Made by a program: the position numbers and the translations under genes | Shown: positions 27,435 through 36,499 of the stretch, piece by piece | Layout: each line of letters opens with the position of its first letter | Numbering within the stretch: position 1 is the first letter of the stretch | Origin: a virus | Taxonomy: Duplodnaviria > Caudoviricetes | Reading direction: 5' to 3' (one strand) | Virus record (IMG/VR): IMGVR_UViG_3300014208_000002 | Span: 32,001 to 96,000 of that record | DNA length: 64,000 bases | Notes under the pieces: model-generated | Seen by the model: the letters and a program-made list of their open reading frames with translations, nothing else | The model's database searches: none | What the model was told of the DNA's origin: nothing

Positions 27435-28013
27435 CTAAAAGGAATAATCTTTTTTCATATAAGAAAATACTAAGTCCACATTTGTTTTTAAATCCATAAG
27501 AGTTCCATCGTTTTCAATAATATATTGTGCTGGAATAGAAGATATATATTTTTCACTTTCGTGTACTTCTCCAGTTGGAATCTTTTCCTTTCTCACCACT
27601 TTAATAATAGGAAAATTATTTTTACTAAAAAATTCAATTTCGTGGGGAAAACGAACATCCGGTATTATCCAATTATTAGTAGGGTATTCTTGTAGTTTCT
27701 TCTCAAATAATCGAACCCATAGCGTTCGTCCTGTAATCTTTTTAAATGCTTCAGATTTTTCACAGAGAAGATATTGAGAAAACTCCGTTCCAAGAAGCTG
27801 AAGAACCAACCGAGGAGAAATTCCCCAATAAGGGTCTACAACATCTTTAAGCTCCCCATAGGTATATTTATAATCCCAGCCAAACATTACTTCAGCGGCG
27901 TGTTTAATAGGGTCGGCAAAACTATAGCGAGAAAAAGAAGGGTCAAGTCCCATTAACATATTTGCTACGGTGTCTTTACCAGAGCGTAAAAAACCAGTTA
28001 TACCAATTACCAT
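27435..28013 (-). CDS. Deoxynucleoside monophosphate kinase (T4 gp1-like)
   Basis: IGITGFLRSGKDTVA, SFADPIK, SPRLVLQLLGTE, IPDVRFPHE, HESE, IENDGT. Confidence 0.9.
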   Translation of the reverse strand: MVIGITGFLRSGKDTVANMLMGLDPSFSRYSFADPIKHAAEVMFGWDYKYTYGELKDVVDPYWGISPRLVLQLLGTEFSQYLLCEKSEAFKKITGRTLWVRLFEKKLQEYPTNNWIIPDVRFPHEIEFFSKNNFPIIKVVRKEKIPTGEVHESEKYISSIPAQYIIENDGTLMDLKTNVDLVFSYMKKDYSF

Positions 28014-28229
28014 TTATTTCTCCAGCCTAGAATAGTGTTTTATGGATAAGCTATAGTCCCCCGCAGGGAGTTTTAATAGATTCTTTTTTAGAATACTGTA
28101 GGTAGTTTCAGTATCTCCATTCCATAAGTCAATAAAAGATTCTGATACTACTGAGCCATATTCAGAATGTTCTTCATATATAGTAATTTTAATCAAATCA
28201 GGAGAATTATCAGATTCAATCTTAGCCAT
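28014..28229 (-). CDS. Hypothetical protein
   Basis: Packed ORF with SD. Confidence 0.55.
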   Translation of the reverse strand: MAKIESDNSPDLIKITIYEEHSEYGSVVSESFIDLWNGDTETTYSILKKNLLKLPAGDYSLSIKHYSRLEK

Positions 28230-28230
28230 T

Positions 28231-28422
28231 TTATTCCTCTCCTAATATAACTCGCTTAGTAGCCCTAGCTTCAGACGCTCCACATATTACAAAAACTTTA
28301 TCAAAAGCCTGATTAGATGCCTGTTCAAGAATTTCTTTACGCCAACTCTCTAATGCTATTTCTATAGATTTAGCATTGGGACATCCTACAAGACAATTAG
28401 AAAGTTCTTTAGCAGTAGTCAT
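28231..28422 (-). CDS. Hypothetical protein
   Basis: Packed ORF. Confidence 0.55.
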   Translation of the reverse strand: MTTAKELSNCLVGCPNAKSIEIALESWRKEILEQASNQAFDKVFVICGASEARATKRVILGEE

Positions 28423-28653
28423 TTATTTATGTTCTCCCCCATCACAAAAAATATCTAAGGCTAAATCAATTTCAATCTTTGTAGTTCTTAGCGCCGCTAA
28501 GTCTTCTTTCTTTACTTTTCCTTCACTGACAAGTTTTATAGCATAAGTTCTTATATGGTCAAAAGAATTATTGGAACCCAATACATACCATTCATTTGAC
28601 CCATCAGCTAAATGAACATTTTGTTTAAGCTCATATATAATCCATTCTTTCAT
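28423..28653 (-). CDS. Hypothetical protein
   Basis: Packed ORF, GGAGG SD. Confidence 0.55.
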   Translation of the reverse strand: MKEWIIYELKQNVHLADGSNEWYVLGSNNSFDHIRTYAIKLVSEGKVKKEDLAALRTTKIEIDLALDIFCDGGEHK

Positions 28654-29453
28654 AGATATTCCTCCGTTACTATTCTTACTGGATACCCACCTTGGAAAGT
28701 TCCGGGGAGGGGCACCATTTCATTTTTATTTTGTTTAATTTCTCCCCCAACTTCGGAGGCAATTCTGTCAAAAACTTCCAAAGTTTTTAAGTAGTTATAT
28801 TTTATTGTTTCTCTTTTTAGAAGAATATGGTATCCTGAGTGAGTATCTATCACTTCAAACTTTATTTGATTTTCCTTTAGTTCCTTAATATATTCAGAAA
28901 GAAGAGGACTATTTTTAGGTACATCAAAGTCAATGTCTATCCATACTCTTCGACCCCGAGCTTTTTGAATCTTGTCTAAAAGAAGTCGATCTATTCGAGA
29001 GAGCCTATCTGATATATCATCCAAGCTTCTACCATTTAAGGCATTTAGAGAGAGTTCAAGAATATATTCCTGCATAACATAATTAAACTCAGTGTATGCC
29101 TTTAACATATTGGAGGGATTTATATTGACATAACAAATAATACACTTTGATGGAATAATTGAATTATTCTTTGTAGTGTAGGCGGCTGGATTACATTCAA
29201 ATTTATGAATCAGTCTAATAAACTTTTGATAATCATAAGTACGAAGAGTGCGCCTTTCAAACATTTCAGTACGACCTAAACAAAGCTCTTCTCGTTCTTC
29301 CTCTGTTAAATATTTATTTCGTGCTGAAAGAGAAAAGAAATAAGTTTCCTGACTTTCAAGAGGAGGCATAATTTCCTCAAAATACCGAGTAAGTTCTTTT
29401 TCATCTGATATTAAATTAAAATATTCACCCATACTTAGCTCCCCACTCCCCAA
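28650..29453 (-). CDS. Putative archaeo-eukaryotic primase (AEP) superfamily protein
   Basis: WIDIDFD (DxD), DTHSGYHILL (sGxH) and MVPLPGTFQ in the AEP motif order. Confidence 0.55.
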   Translation of the reverse strand: MGSGELSMGEYFNLISDEKELTRYFEEIMPPLESQETYFFSLSARNKYLTEEEREELCLGRTEMFERRTLRTYDYQKFIRLIHKFECNPAAYTTKNNSIIPSKCIICYVNINPSNMLKAYTEFNYVMQEYILELSLNALNGRSLDDISDRLSRIDRLLLDKIQKARGRRVWIDIDFDVPKNSPLLSEYIKELKENQIKFEVIDTHSGYHILLKRETIKYNYLKTLEVFDRIASEVGGEIKQNKNEMVPLPGTFQGGYPVRIVTEEYL

Positions 29454-29749
29454 CCTAAATCTTGAGCTTCAGAGATTGCTTTATAATTAGCTTTTATATA
29501 GTCGTGGATACCTACTCCAAAGATATAATATTTTTGTTTTGTATCACTAATTATTCTTATATTTCTATTACGATTTGCAAGTATTCTTGTTTCTGCCATT
29601 TGAACTAAACCCACTTCATCATTAGGGCTTAATGCTACAATTGATAAAATAGTTAATCCTATAAGCTGTTCTCCTCTTGTTACCTCTTTTATTACAAATT
29701 CATTTAATTTCTTATGAGTTATATTTGAAGAGTCTATAATTACGAGCAT
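29435..29749 (-). CDS. Hypothetical protein
   Basis: Packed ORF. Confidence 0.55.
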   Translation of the reverse strand: MLVIIDSSNITHKKLNEFVIKEVTRGEQLIGLTILSIVALSPNDEVGLVQMAETRILANRNRNIRIISDTKQKYYIFGVGIHDYIKANYKAISEAQDLGWGVGS

Positions 29750-30297
29750 TTATTTATCTCCTCAAGAATAGAGGGAACAACCCCCCAATTATTTATTGAA
29801 TATTCTGTTTCAATATGAGCATTATATGGGTAGAAAAATTTAATCCTTGTCATCGGCGCTCGTTCTAACACCTCTGGCTTATCATCTATAATTATGTCTC
29901 CAGGGATTTCCCATTTTTCTTTCTTAAAGATTACTTCAGTAAAAGGAATTGAAGGGAAGTTAGTCTCTAGCCAAGTCTTTTTTGTCTGCTTGAATCGTTC
30001 CTCATCCTTCCAAGGGATAGTTACAATAACTAATTCATAATCTAAAATAAGAAGATATTCTAAAATTGTATTGACACTTTTCTTTGGGGGGATGGTCAAC
30101 CAAAAATCATCAGAGTCCATTATCTCTGCCATTATTTTCTTTTGTTCTTTTTTAGATAGAAGAATACAGGTTTCAATATGGTAAGTCTCATCAGAGTAAT
30201 TAGGGTCTATTGGATACCCTAACTTTTTTGCATAGGTAATGAAATGATTAGAGAAACAATTTATGGTATTGTCCATATCTATGAGAATTCTTTTCAA
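29740..30297 (-). CDS. 5'(3')-deoxyribonucleotidase (HAD/NT5C family)
   Basis: ILIDMDNTI, IVT, K..WL, IIIDDKP; TTG start. Confidence 0.85.
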   Translation of the reverse strand: MKRILIDMDNTINCFSNHFITYAKKLGYPIDPNYSDETYHIETCILLSKKEQKKIMAEIMDSDDFWLTIPPKKSVNTILEYLLILDYELVIVTIPWKDEERFKQTKKTWLETNFPSIPFTEVIFKKEKWEIPGDIIIDDKPEVLERAPMTRIKFFYPYNAHIETEYSINNWGVVPSILEEINKCS

Positions 30298-30315
30298 TTT
30301 TTTGCTCCTCTATAG

Positions 30316-30344
30316 AGTATACCCGAGAATAGTAAAACTATCAA
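30316..30344 (-). promoter_or_regulatory. sigma70-type promoter TTGATA-N17-TATACT
   Basis: Read directly; TCTCGGG precedes the -10. Confidence 0.7.
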
Positions 30345-30691
30345 TCTGTTTTTTTAACTTTATGTCCCCTCGGGCGACCAACTGGACCAGAAGTAATTCG
30401 TTCAAAAGGCTCATTAAAAGCTTTTTCAAGGGCCTCTTTTATATGGAGGGTAAGTGTTCTAATGTCAAAATCATCTTCTACGCCATGAACCTGAACAAGC
30501 ATCATATCTGGTTTGACAAGAACAAAAACAAATAAAGGATGCTCCGGGTCATTACAGGATTTCTTAAATGAAAAACTATCTCCTGTCTGTTCCAATAATT
30601 CAAGATCAAAATTAGAATACGCCATAGACAGCTTTAACATAACCTTTGTGGCCTCATAGGGTATAGTAAATTCAGCATCAAGAGATTTCAT
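30341..30691 (-). CDS. Hypothetical protein
   Basis: Packed ORF; basic C-terminus PVGRPRGHK. Confidence 0.55.
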   Translation of the reverse strand: MKSLDAEFTIPYEATKVMLKLSMAYSNFDLELLEQTGDSFSFKKSCNDPEHPLFVFVLVKPDMMLVQVHGVEDDFDIRTLTLHIKEALEKAFNEPFERITSGPVGRPRGHKVKKTD

Positions 30692-30948
30692 TTAAAATGC
30701 TTCATTTTTATTACAGTATTCCAAGCCCTATTCATCCTTTTTTTATTAAACCATTCAATATGCTTTCCAGGATGCCCTTTTGCCCTCATGCAACAACTAC
30801 CTGTTGCATGAGGTTTCTCTGTCCATCTGTATTGAAATGATAGTGTACATTCATTTACAAAAGGACACTGATGACCATGATAGCCCTTTATATGCCACAT
30901 GAAAAAATGATAAAACCATTTAAACATTTCTATCTCCTCTATTTTCAC
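30688..30948 (-). CDS. Small Cys/His-rich hypothetical protein
   Basis: QCP...C...CCMRAKGHPGKH. Confidence 0.5.
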   Translation of the reverse strand: MKIEEIEMFKWFYHFFMWHIKGYHGHQCPFVNECTLSFQYRWTEKPHATGSCCMRAKGHPGKHIEWFNKKRMNRAWNTVIKMKHFK

Positions 30949-31035
30949 AAATCTGTATATAATACTTTTTCAACTTGAATATAAAAATTGAAGGAAAAAA
31001 TATTAAACAAATGGTTGCTATAGTATAAACAATTG

Positions 31036-31575
31036 TCACCTTATTGCTCCTCTTCTACTACCAATAATTATAAGAATAAATCTTAAAAAAGCAATATAAA
31101 AATCATTGAAGTATTCTTTCATCGTCATTTTGTATTTAGAACAATTAGTAGTTGGAAATTCTTTATCAAGCCAATCTTGTGCCTCTATCAGATCACTTTC
31201 TTCTTTTGTAATGGAAGAGTAAAGATAAGGAGAAACATATGGAGCGCAAAACCACGGAGAATCTACTTCTTTATCTTTATCCAACTTTTGTCTTATTTCA
31301 GCAAGCATATCTTTTGCACGATCTTGACTTGATCTAATTTCAGAAATCATGAGATCAATATGGTTTACATCCTGTATTTCATTATATAAATCAGCATCCA
31401 CAGTATTTGTAGAATAAAACTCTACCGGTAGCGAATTAAGAATTCCACAACTATTTGGTGGGGAAGGGATTAACATTCGGATATGAATAGGGCCTTCTCC
31501 ATCTTTTACTTCTACTTGAATATTCTCTAGGCCAAAAAGAGGAGAACTTGGAAGTACCATGTCACTCATCCTCAT
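31036..31575 (-). CDS. Hypothetical protein
   Basis: ORF overlapping the upstream stop; no motif. Confidence 0.5.
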   Translation of the reverse strand: MRMSDMVLPSSPLFGLENIQVEVKDGEGPIHIRMLIPSPPNSCGILNSLPVEFYSTNTVDADLYNEIQDVNHIDLMISEIRSSQDRAKDMLAEIRQKLDKDKEVDSPWFCAPYVSPYLYSSITKEESDLIEAQDWLDKEFPTTNCSKYKMTMKEYFNDFYIAFLRFILIIIGSRRGAIR

Positions 31576-31855
31576 ATTCCGCTATATTTTTTATATAAGA
31601 TATACAAACATTTTGAGCATGGAGAGCTTCTATTTTTTTCTCTATCATTTTTTTCTCTTCATACTCTTTTAATATTTCATCAATTTCAATGTTAGCTTCG
31701 TCGGCTCCACAGGTACATTCATAAAATTCATCGTATCTTGGATCACAGCACCCGCCCTCTGCTTTAGGGCATGAATAGAAATAGTCTTCACAAGAATAAT
31801 GTTTTCTTCTATTTTTGAGAAGAATAGCCGCAAGTCTGTCTTCCAAATTTGTCAT
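31562..31855 (-). CDS. Small Cys-rich hypothetical protein
   Basis: HYSCED..YSCPK...CCD...CTCGAD. Confidence 0.55.
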   Translation of the reverse strand: MTNLEDRLAAILLKNRRKHYSCEDYFYSCPKAEGGCCDPRYDEFYECTCGADEANIEIDEILKEYEEKKMIEKKIEALHAQNVCISYIKNIAEYEDE

Positions 31856-31858
31856 TTA

Positions 31859-32089
31859 CTATTCCTCAAAATTAGGGGCTTTATCGTAATAGATAGAACC
31901 ATCATGAGACACATAAGCATACCATGTATCTCCATTAAAGTCAAAGGAAAAAACACCAGAAGTTACAAATTCTATATTTGTAGATGTCGGGGGGAAAAGG
32001 TCAGAAAACTCTTTTGTAAGCGGCTTTTTAGGGGCCGAGCAACCGAAGAAAACGAGCGAAAAAACCAGGGTAATAATTGCCTTGTTCAT
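31859..32089 (-). CDS. Small lipoprotein (76 aa)
   Basis: MNKAIITLVFSLVFFG-C lipobox; GGGAG SD; ORF-track extension to 32182 judged spurious. Confidence 0.65.
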   Translation of the reverse strand: MNKAIITLVFSLVFFGCSAPKKPLTKEFSDLFPPTSTNIEFVTSGVFSFDFNGDTWYAYVSHDGSIYYDKAPNFEE

Positions 32090-32168
32090 GTTTGTTCTCC
32101 CTACACTTATATTGTCGGGAAGATTTTTCCCCTCTTTAGAACAAAAAAGATAAAATATATCTAATTTT

Positions 32169-32357
32169 TTACCAAAATTCATGCTGAATTAGCTCATCCC
32201 CACGCCCATTATATACCTTTCCACAGTTAGGACAAGCCCTATCCCCAAGAGTAATTTTTCCTTGTTTATAAAATTCTATAACATACCCACAAGAGCATTT
32301 TCCAATAAGATTTTTTCCAGTTTCTAAATCTCGCTCTTGAATAATGTCTATTTTAAT
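32169..32357 (-). CDS. Zinc-ribbon micro-protein (62 aa), probable ATT start
   Basis: KIDIIQERDLETGKNLIGKCSCGY...CPNCGKVYNG; GAGGGGG SD; ATT overlaps the upstream TAA; no ATG/GTG/TTG available in frame. Confidence 0.55.
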   Translation of the reverse strand: MKIDIIQERDLETGKNLIGKCSCGYVIEFYKQGKITLGDRACPNCGKVYNGRGDELIQHEFW

Positions 32358-32727
32358 TTTTTACCCCCTCATGAATATTTCCTATTACCGTTGCTTGAGA
32401 TATATTAGCATGATGAATATAATGAATGTCCCCGGCGAATTCTCCATCATGTTCGCCACCATAAAAAGCAAGACAAAAGGCTCCCTCGATAAATTTAATT
32501 TGTTGAATACCTTCCCAAGAATCAAGTTTTATCAAATCCCCTTCAAAAATATCTACACCTTCTTTATCATATAATCCAGTGAATTGTTCTATATCTAATT
32601 TTATATATTCTGGACAACTCTCATATTGTGGAAAAGTAGATCGTTCAATATAGGGTCGTTTATTAAAAATACCTTCATAAAATCTATATTTTTTTTCACC
32701 CCATGCTCTAAATTTTATTATATTCAT
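32353..32727 (-). CDS. YopX family protein
   Basis: IKFRAW...EQFTGLYDKEGVDIFEGDLI...VIGNIHE. Confidence 0.85.
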   Translation of the reverse strand: MNIIKFRAWGEKKYRFYEGIFNKRPYIERSTFPQYESCPEYIKLDIEQFTGLYDKEGVDIFEGDLIKLDSWEGIQQIKFIEGAFCLAFYGGEHDGEFAGDIHYIHHANISQATVIGNIHEGVKN

Positions 32728-32730
32728 ATC

Positions 32731-33198
32731 TTATACTCCCCTATCAAGCGCATGATTAGCAATTTCCCATACATCATCTGCCAAACGAACCCAAGGCTTC
32801 TCTTTTCCATATCCAAATTGTGTTATAGGGTTCGCACCTCGTTTAGCAATCTCTAATAGAGCATTTCTTAAATGAGAAATCTCGTTATCTTTGTTTTTTA
32901 TGGCTTCAGTAACTTTTCTCAAGTCTATCCACTTTTTTGTTTTTGATCCACTCCCCCAACAATCATCACATACATCATAGGTCATTGCACAACCGCCGAT
33001 GCCCCCATGCCAAGTAGAAGTAGAGCCATACATGGCAATTCCTTCTCCATTACATCTAGGACAAGCATCTTCATTATTTTTTTCTTCATCATAAGCGGCT
33101 GATGCCTCTAAACTATGGCTACAAAGACAGCCTTGGCGGGCTTCCTCTATCTTTAATCCTTTATATAGTGATTCTGCAACTTGCCTCCACCTATTCAT
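32731..33198 (-). CDS. Hypothetical protein with DnaJ-type zinc finger
   Basis: CPRCNGEG and CDDCWGSG. Confidence 0.6.
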   Translation of the reverse strand: MNRWRQVAESLYKGLKIEEARQGCLCSHSLEASAAYDEEKNNEDACPRCNGEGIAMYGSTSTWHGGIGGCAMTYDVCDDCWGSGSKTKKWIDLRKVTEAIKNKDNEISHLRNALLEIAKRGANPITQFGYGKEKPWVRLADDVWEIANHALDRGV

Positions 33199-33277
33199 TT
33201 TTTAATTTCCTTCTGCGTAATTTCAGCAATGAGAATAGATATCTCTGGTACTGGATAGGGTGGACCACTAAAATCTT

Positions 33278-33571
33278 TCATATTTTATCCTCTCCTTTAG
33301 TATTATTAAGCACTTCTCTACAAGTTTCCATATCATCACAAGAGGTACATTCCGAATGCTGTGGATTTACAATCTTACATAAGACACAAATGGTTGTTGT
33401 AGATTCCTCTAACCATTCTCGTAAAATTTTAACCTGTTCTTTTAGTTTTAGAATTTCAGAGTCTCGTTTAGAAATTTCTTCAGCCGCAATTTTACTAAGA
33501 GATTGGAAAGCTGACAAACTTTCAGGATGCTCTACAAGTGTTATCTTATTAGATTGAGTATCCATCTTCAT
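33278..33571 (-). CDS. Hypothetical coiled-coil protein with CxxC pairs
   Basis: CVLC...CTSCDD. Confidence 0.5.
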   Translation of the reverse strand: MKMDTQSNKITLVEHPESLSAFQSLSKIAAEEISKRDSEILKLKEQVKILREWLEESTTTICVLCKIVNPQHSECTSCDDMETCREVLNNTKGEDKI

Positions 33572-34011
33572 TCTCCCTTTGGTCTTATCTCCAAACCTAC
33601 GGCCTCAAGAATTTCTCCAACCTCTGAACATTCGCATAAAGCCTTACTAAATTTTTCTCTCTCTTCTTTAACCTTTTGTGCGGCGTAGGCTTTAGCAAAA
33701 CGCTGGATGGCTTCTTTAATTGCTTCAGGGTCAGGATAAGGAATCCATCTTCCATCTGAATCTGAGGTTTCTCCTGTCCATAGAGAACTTCCACACTCAC
33801 AAATATTGTCAACAAGTTCATCTATACTCATTTCCATTTCTTCCTCCAAAACTTCCGTATCAGCAAAAGTTGTAACCAATAAATCTCCACCAGCTATCGT
33901 GTCAGATTTTACTAAAAAAGATTTGCCCTCAAGCACAGTATCGCTTTGCTTTCTTTTAGCAATCTCTTGTTCAAATATAGTTTCAATTATTCCATCAAAA
34001 ATATTACTCAT
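33568..34011 (-). CDS. Hypothetical protein
   Basis: Packed ORF. Confidence 0.5.
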   Translation of the reverse strand: MSNIFDGIIETIFEQEIAKRKQSDTVLEGKSFLVKSDTIAGGDLLVTTFADTEVLEEEMEMSIDELVDNICECGSSLWTGETSDSDGRWIPYPDPEAIKEAIQRFAKAYAAQKVKEEREKFSKALCECSEVGEILEAVGLEIRPKGE

Positions 34012-34016
34012 TTGAT

Positions 34017-34619
34017 TTACCCCTTTACTGATGTTTCCTTATCATACAAGCCAAGTCCCCAGGCAATTGCGTAGCAAGCCCAAATAAATCGGTAAGTTTT
34101 TATTTTACATGAGCTTTCCCAAAAATCAGTTAAAGGAATAGTTTTAGATGAATGATTTCTATATTCGGCAACCGCCTCATATTCATCCTCGGCGCTCAAG
34201 AGATGATCTATCTCTTCTTTAATCTCTTCAGGAATAGGATCATCTTCCTCAAGATCAAGCCACATCCGAGTATGGCTAATCACTTCCTCTCGGAATTGAT
34301 CTATATCAAATTCTCGTATTCCTTCACTATGAGTATCTTCTGCTTGACACTTTTCCGCCCAATACTGTGTATCAATCTTTTTTAGATCACGCCCAAAGAA
34401 TTGAGTCATGTCTTCAATACGAGAAAATACAAAAGAACCCATATCACCTACGAAGGCAAGATAGTTAGGCCAAGTGACAAGTTCAAATCTTTGATTGAAA
34501 CTCCCATTATTGCTGAAAATTAAATGACGATAAAACCCCTCATCCTTCTTTATAGATATTGTATGATCTTTCACATCCCGCAAAAAATCATCAATGCTTG
34601 GTTGTTTATTTTCCCTCAT
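34017..34619 (-). CDS. Conserved phage hypothetical protein (start MRENK)
   Basis: YRHLIF...FELVTWP...GDMGSFVFSR..DM..FF...YWAEK pattern recalled from other phages. Confidence 0.6.
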   Translation of the reverse strand: MRENKQPSIDDFLRDVKDHTISIKKDEGFYRHLIFSNNGSFNQRFELVTWPNYLAFVGDMGSFVFSRIEDMTQFFGRDLKKIDTQYWAEKCQAEDTHSEGIREFDIDQFREEVISHTRMWLDLEEDDPIPEEIKEEIDHLLSAEDEYEAVAEYRNHSSKTIPLTDFWESSCKIKTYRFIWACYAIAWGLGLYDKETSVKG

Positions 34620-34792
34620 TTTTCTTCCTTTGATAAAATACCAAACATCAGAAAAAAAGAGCCGGTCATTAGTCCTATTGCTACCAATAAAGCGGCAAGA
34701 CCTTTTGTATGCCAACAGTTATCAGAAAAGGCCATTGTTAATATGAGACTCAATCCTAATGACGATGAAAATATTCTATTGGGATAAGTCAT
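34616..34792 (-). CDS. Small two-TM membrane protein (58 aa, absent from the ORF track)
   Basis: Start and stop both overlap neighbouring stop/start codons (TGATG, ATGA). Confidence 0.55.
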   Translation of the reverse strand: MTYPNRIFSSSLGLSLILTMAFSDNCWHTKGLAALLVAIGLMTGSFFLMFGILSKEEK

Positions 34793-35049
34793 CAAAAGAC
34801 TCCTTTGTCTTTATTTCTTCTGGACCACCAAGCCCACTGAATCTTTTTGAAAATCCAGACCTTGCCTTTTCCGTGGCAAAAATTGCAAGTATAGAAAGGA
34901 GTGTCAGGATCATCTTGCATCTTTCCATAGCCATCACAGCAAGGACAATCAAACCCCATTTTATATCCTCCTTTAGCCATATTCCATCCATATAAAAAAC
35001 CAATTAAAACACCTACAAAAAAGCATAATACTGCATAACTTCCTATCAT
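34792..35049 (-). CDS. Membrane-anchored zinc-finger micro-protein
   Basis: N-terminal TM; CPCCDGYG and CNFCHGKG. Confidence 0.55.
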   Translation of the reverse strand: MIGSYAVLCFFVGVLIGFLYGWNMAKGGYKMGFDCPCCDGYGKMQDDPDTPFYTCNFCHGKGKVWIFKKIQWAWWSRRNKDKGVF

Positions 35050-35306
35050 TTTATGTCTTCCGGCTTAATTGTCGTAGCACAATGAATAGTTGAATCGTAG
35101 CGACCTTCACAAGTATCATTACATTTTTCTGGATCAAACTCACACCTTTTTTTATATGCCATCTCACATCCCATAGGGTCGCCCCCGCAAGGCATAAAAT
35201 CATCAAGAAAACACCCATAGTTATCAGCATCTTGACAATAAAGTGCTGAGTAGCCATGTTCTATCATTTGTTCAATAAGAAATTCTTTTACTGTTTTTCC
35301 AGACAT
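35046..35306 (-). CDS. Small Cys-rich hypothetical protein
   Basis: G...LYC....GC.LDD.MPCG...C pattern. Confidence 0.55.
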   Translation of the reverse strand: MSGKTVKEFLIEQMIEHGYSALYCQDADNYGCFLDDFMPCGGDPMGCEMAYKKRCEFDPEKCNDTCEGRYDSTIHCATTIKPEDIK

Positions 35307-35307
35307 A

Positions 35308-35463
35308 TTATTCCTCCTTTGTATATTTCATTTTCCTATATTTTATAGCACAATCTGCGTGTTGTACTCTCCAACCTCCACCAATTACCTTTTCAAAATG
35401 TCCTTCTCCTATCTTTACTAATTTTCCACAGCGATAACAAATACCTGGATATTTATTTCGCAT
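35308..35463 (-). CDS. Zinc-finger micro-protein (51 aa, absent from the ORF track)
   Basis: MRNKYPGICYRCG...GHFE...WRVQHADC. Confidence 0.6.
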   Translation of the reverse strand: MRNKYPGICYRCGKLVKIGEGHFEKVIGGGWRVQHADCAIKYRKMKYTKEE

Positions 35464-35468
35464 TTATT

Positions 35469-35783
35469 TTATTTATCTCTTCCAAGATTAAGGACTATAG
35501 AAGTAAGGTTTTCTACCGCAGAAAATAACATATCTACTCGCTCGTTCTGCTCCTTTACTTTCTGTTCCAACTCTTTTACAATGTCGGCTATAAAAGGGGA
35601 TTCATTTATTCTCTCTTCATACCTTAAAGTATTACTCCAAAAAGTAGGATCTCCGAATTTATCAAATACTATTGGACAAGCCAATGCTCCGTATTCATGT
35701 AAGCCCTTCTCTTTACCGCAATTCTTGCATATATTAGATGTCATATCTTTCCTCCAAATAATTCTTCCCATTGTACACCACAA
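35469..35783 (-). CDS. Hypothetical protein
   Basis: CKNCG...H...CP then coiled coil; true start probably MTSNIC. Confidence 0.5.
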   Translation of the reverse strand: MWCTMGRIIWRKDMTSNICKNCGKEKGLHEYGALACPIVFDKFGDPTFWSNTLRYEERINESPFIADIVKELEQKVKEQNERVDMLFSAVENLTSIVLNLGRDK

Positions 35784-35825
35784 TCACCCATATGTCTATT
35801 AAATAATATTTTTTTGGGATACATA

Positions 35826-36326
35826 TTATTCTATCCTTTGAAAAAATTCTTCATTCTTTTCTTGGAGCCAAGTGTATACTTCTTCAAATTCTTCATACTG
35901 TTTCTTTTCCATTAACCATTTTCGTATAGTCATAATCAATATTCCAAGAGTATTCTTACCTTCTCCATATTTTAAGTCAATCCCCCAAAATGTATCATTC
36001 CACCAATTTCCTTCTTGTATCTCTTCTGTACCAGTAAGGATAAGGGCAGACTTATAAGGCTCTTGCGAGTATTTTTGCTCAAGACATTTCCGCATTACTA
36101 AAAGTTTTTTTGTATCCCAATCCTCTACAAGTTCAACTTCTTTTGAAGCTCTTTTAATCTTTCCAGCAGACTCAGTATTTAAACAAAATAACTTCCAGTA
36201 ACAATCATGTGATTTTGCAGACATATAGGCGTGTTCTACGGATCGGTATTCAAAACCGAGTAAAATTATTTTACAAGGGGCAAAATTACTGAGCCAATGA
36301 TAGTCCCCTTTGAATTCTTTTATCAT
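35826..36326 (-). CDS. NADAR family N-glycosidase / ADP-ribosylhydrolase
   Basis: WLSNFAP, SVEHAYMSAK, K..VMR..L.QKY, EGNWWNDTFWGI, GKNTLG.LIM.IR. Confidence 0.9.
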   Translation of the reverse strand: MIKEFKGDYHWLSNFAPCKIILLGFEYRSVEHAYMSAKSHDCYWKLFCLNTESAGKIKRASKEVELVEDWDTKKLLVMRKCLEQKYSQEPYKSALILTGTEEIQEGNWWNDTFWGIDLKYGEGKNTLGILIMTIRKWLMEKKQYEEFEEVYTWLQEKNEEFFQRIE

Positions 36327-36499
36327 ACCATTTTCCCCTCAATAAGCTCCTCTACAAATCCTATAACACGATCTATGCCACAGTTACATTCTTTTCCCCA
36401 TTGTACTTCACAATCATCAGAGTGTCTATTAGATAGAATTTCTTTTATATACCTAATCTTTTTCTCCTTTGACCAATTTTTTACTTTAGACTTATCCAT
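36323..36499 (-). CDS. Small hypothetical protein (58 aa, absent from the ORF track)
   Basis: H.DDC...CNCG; coupled overlaps with both neighbours. Confidence 0.55.
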   Translation of the reverse strand: MDKSKVKNWSKEKKIRYIKEILSNRHSDDCEVQWGKECNCGIDRVIGFVEELIEGKMV

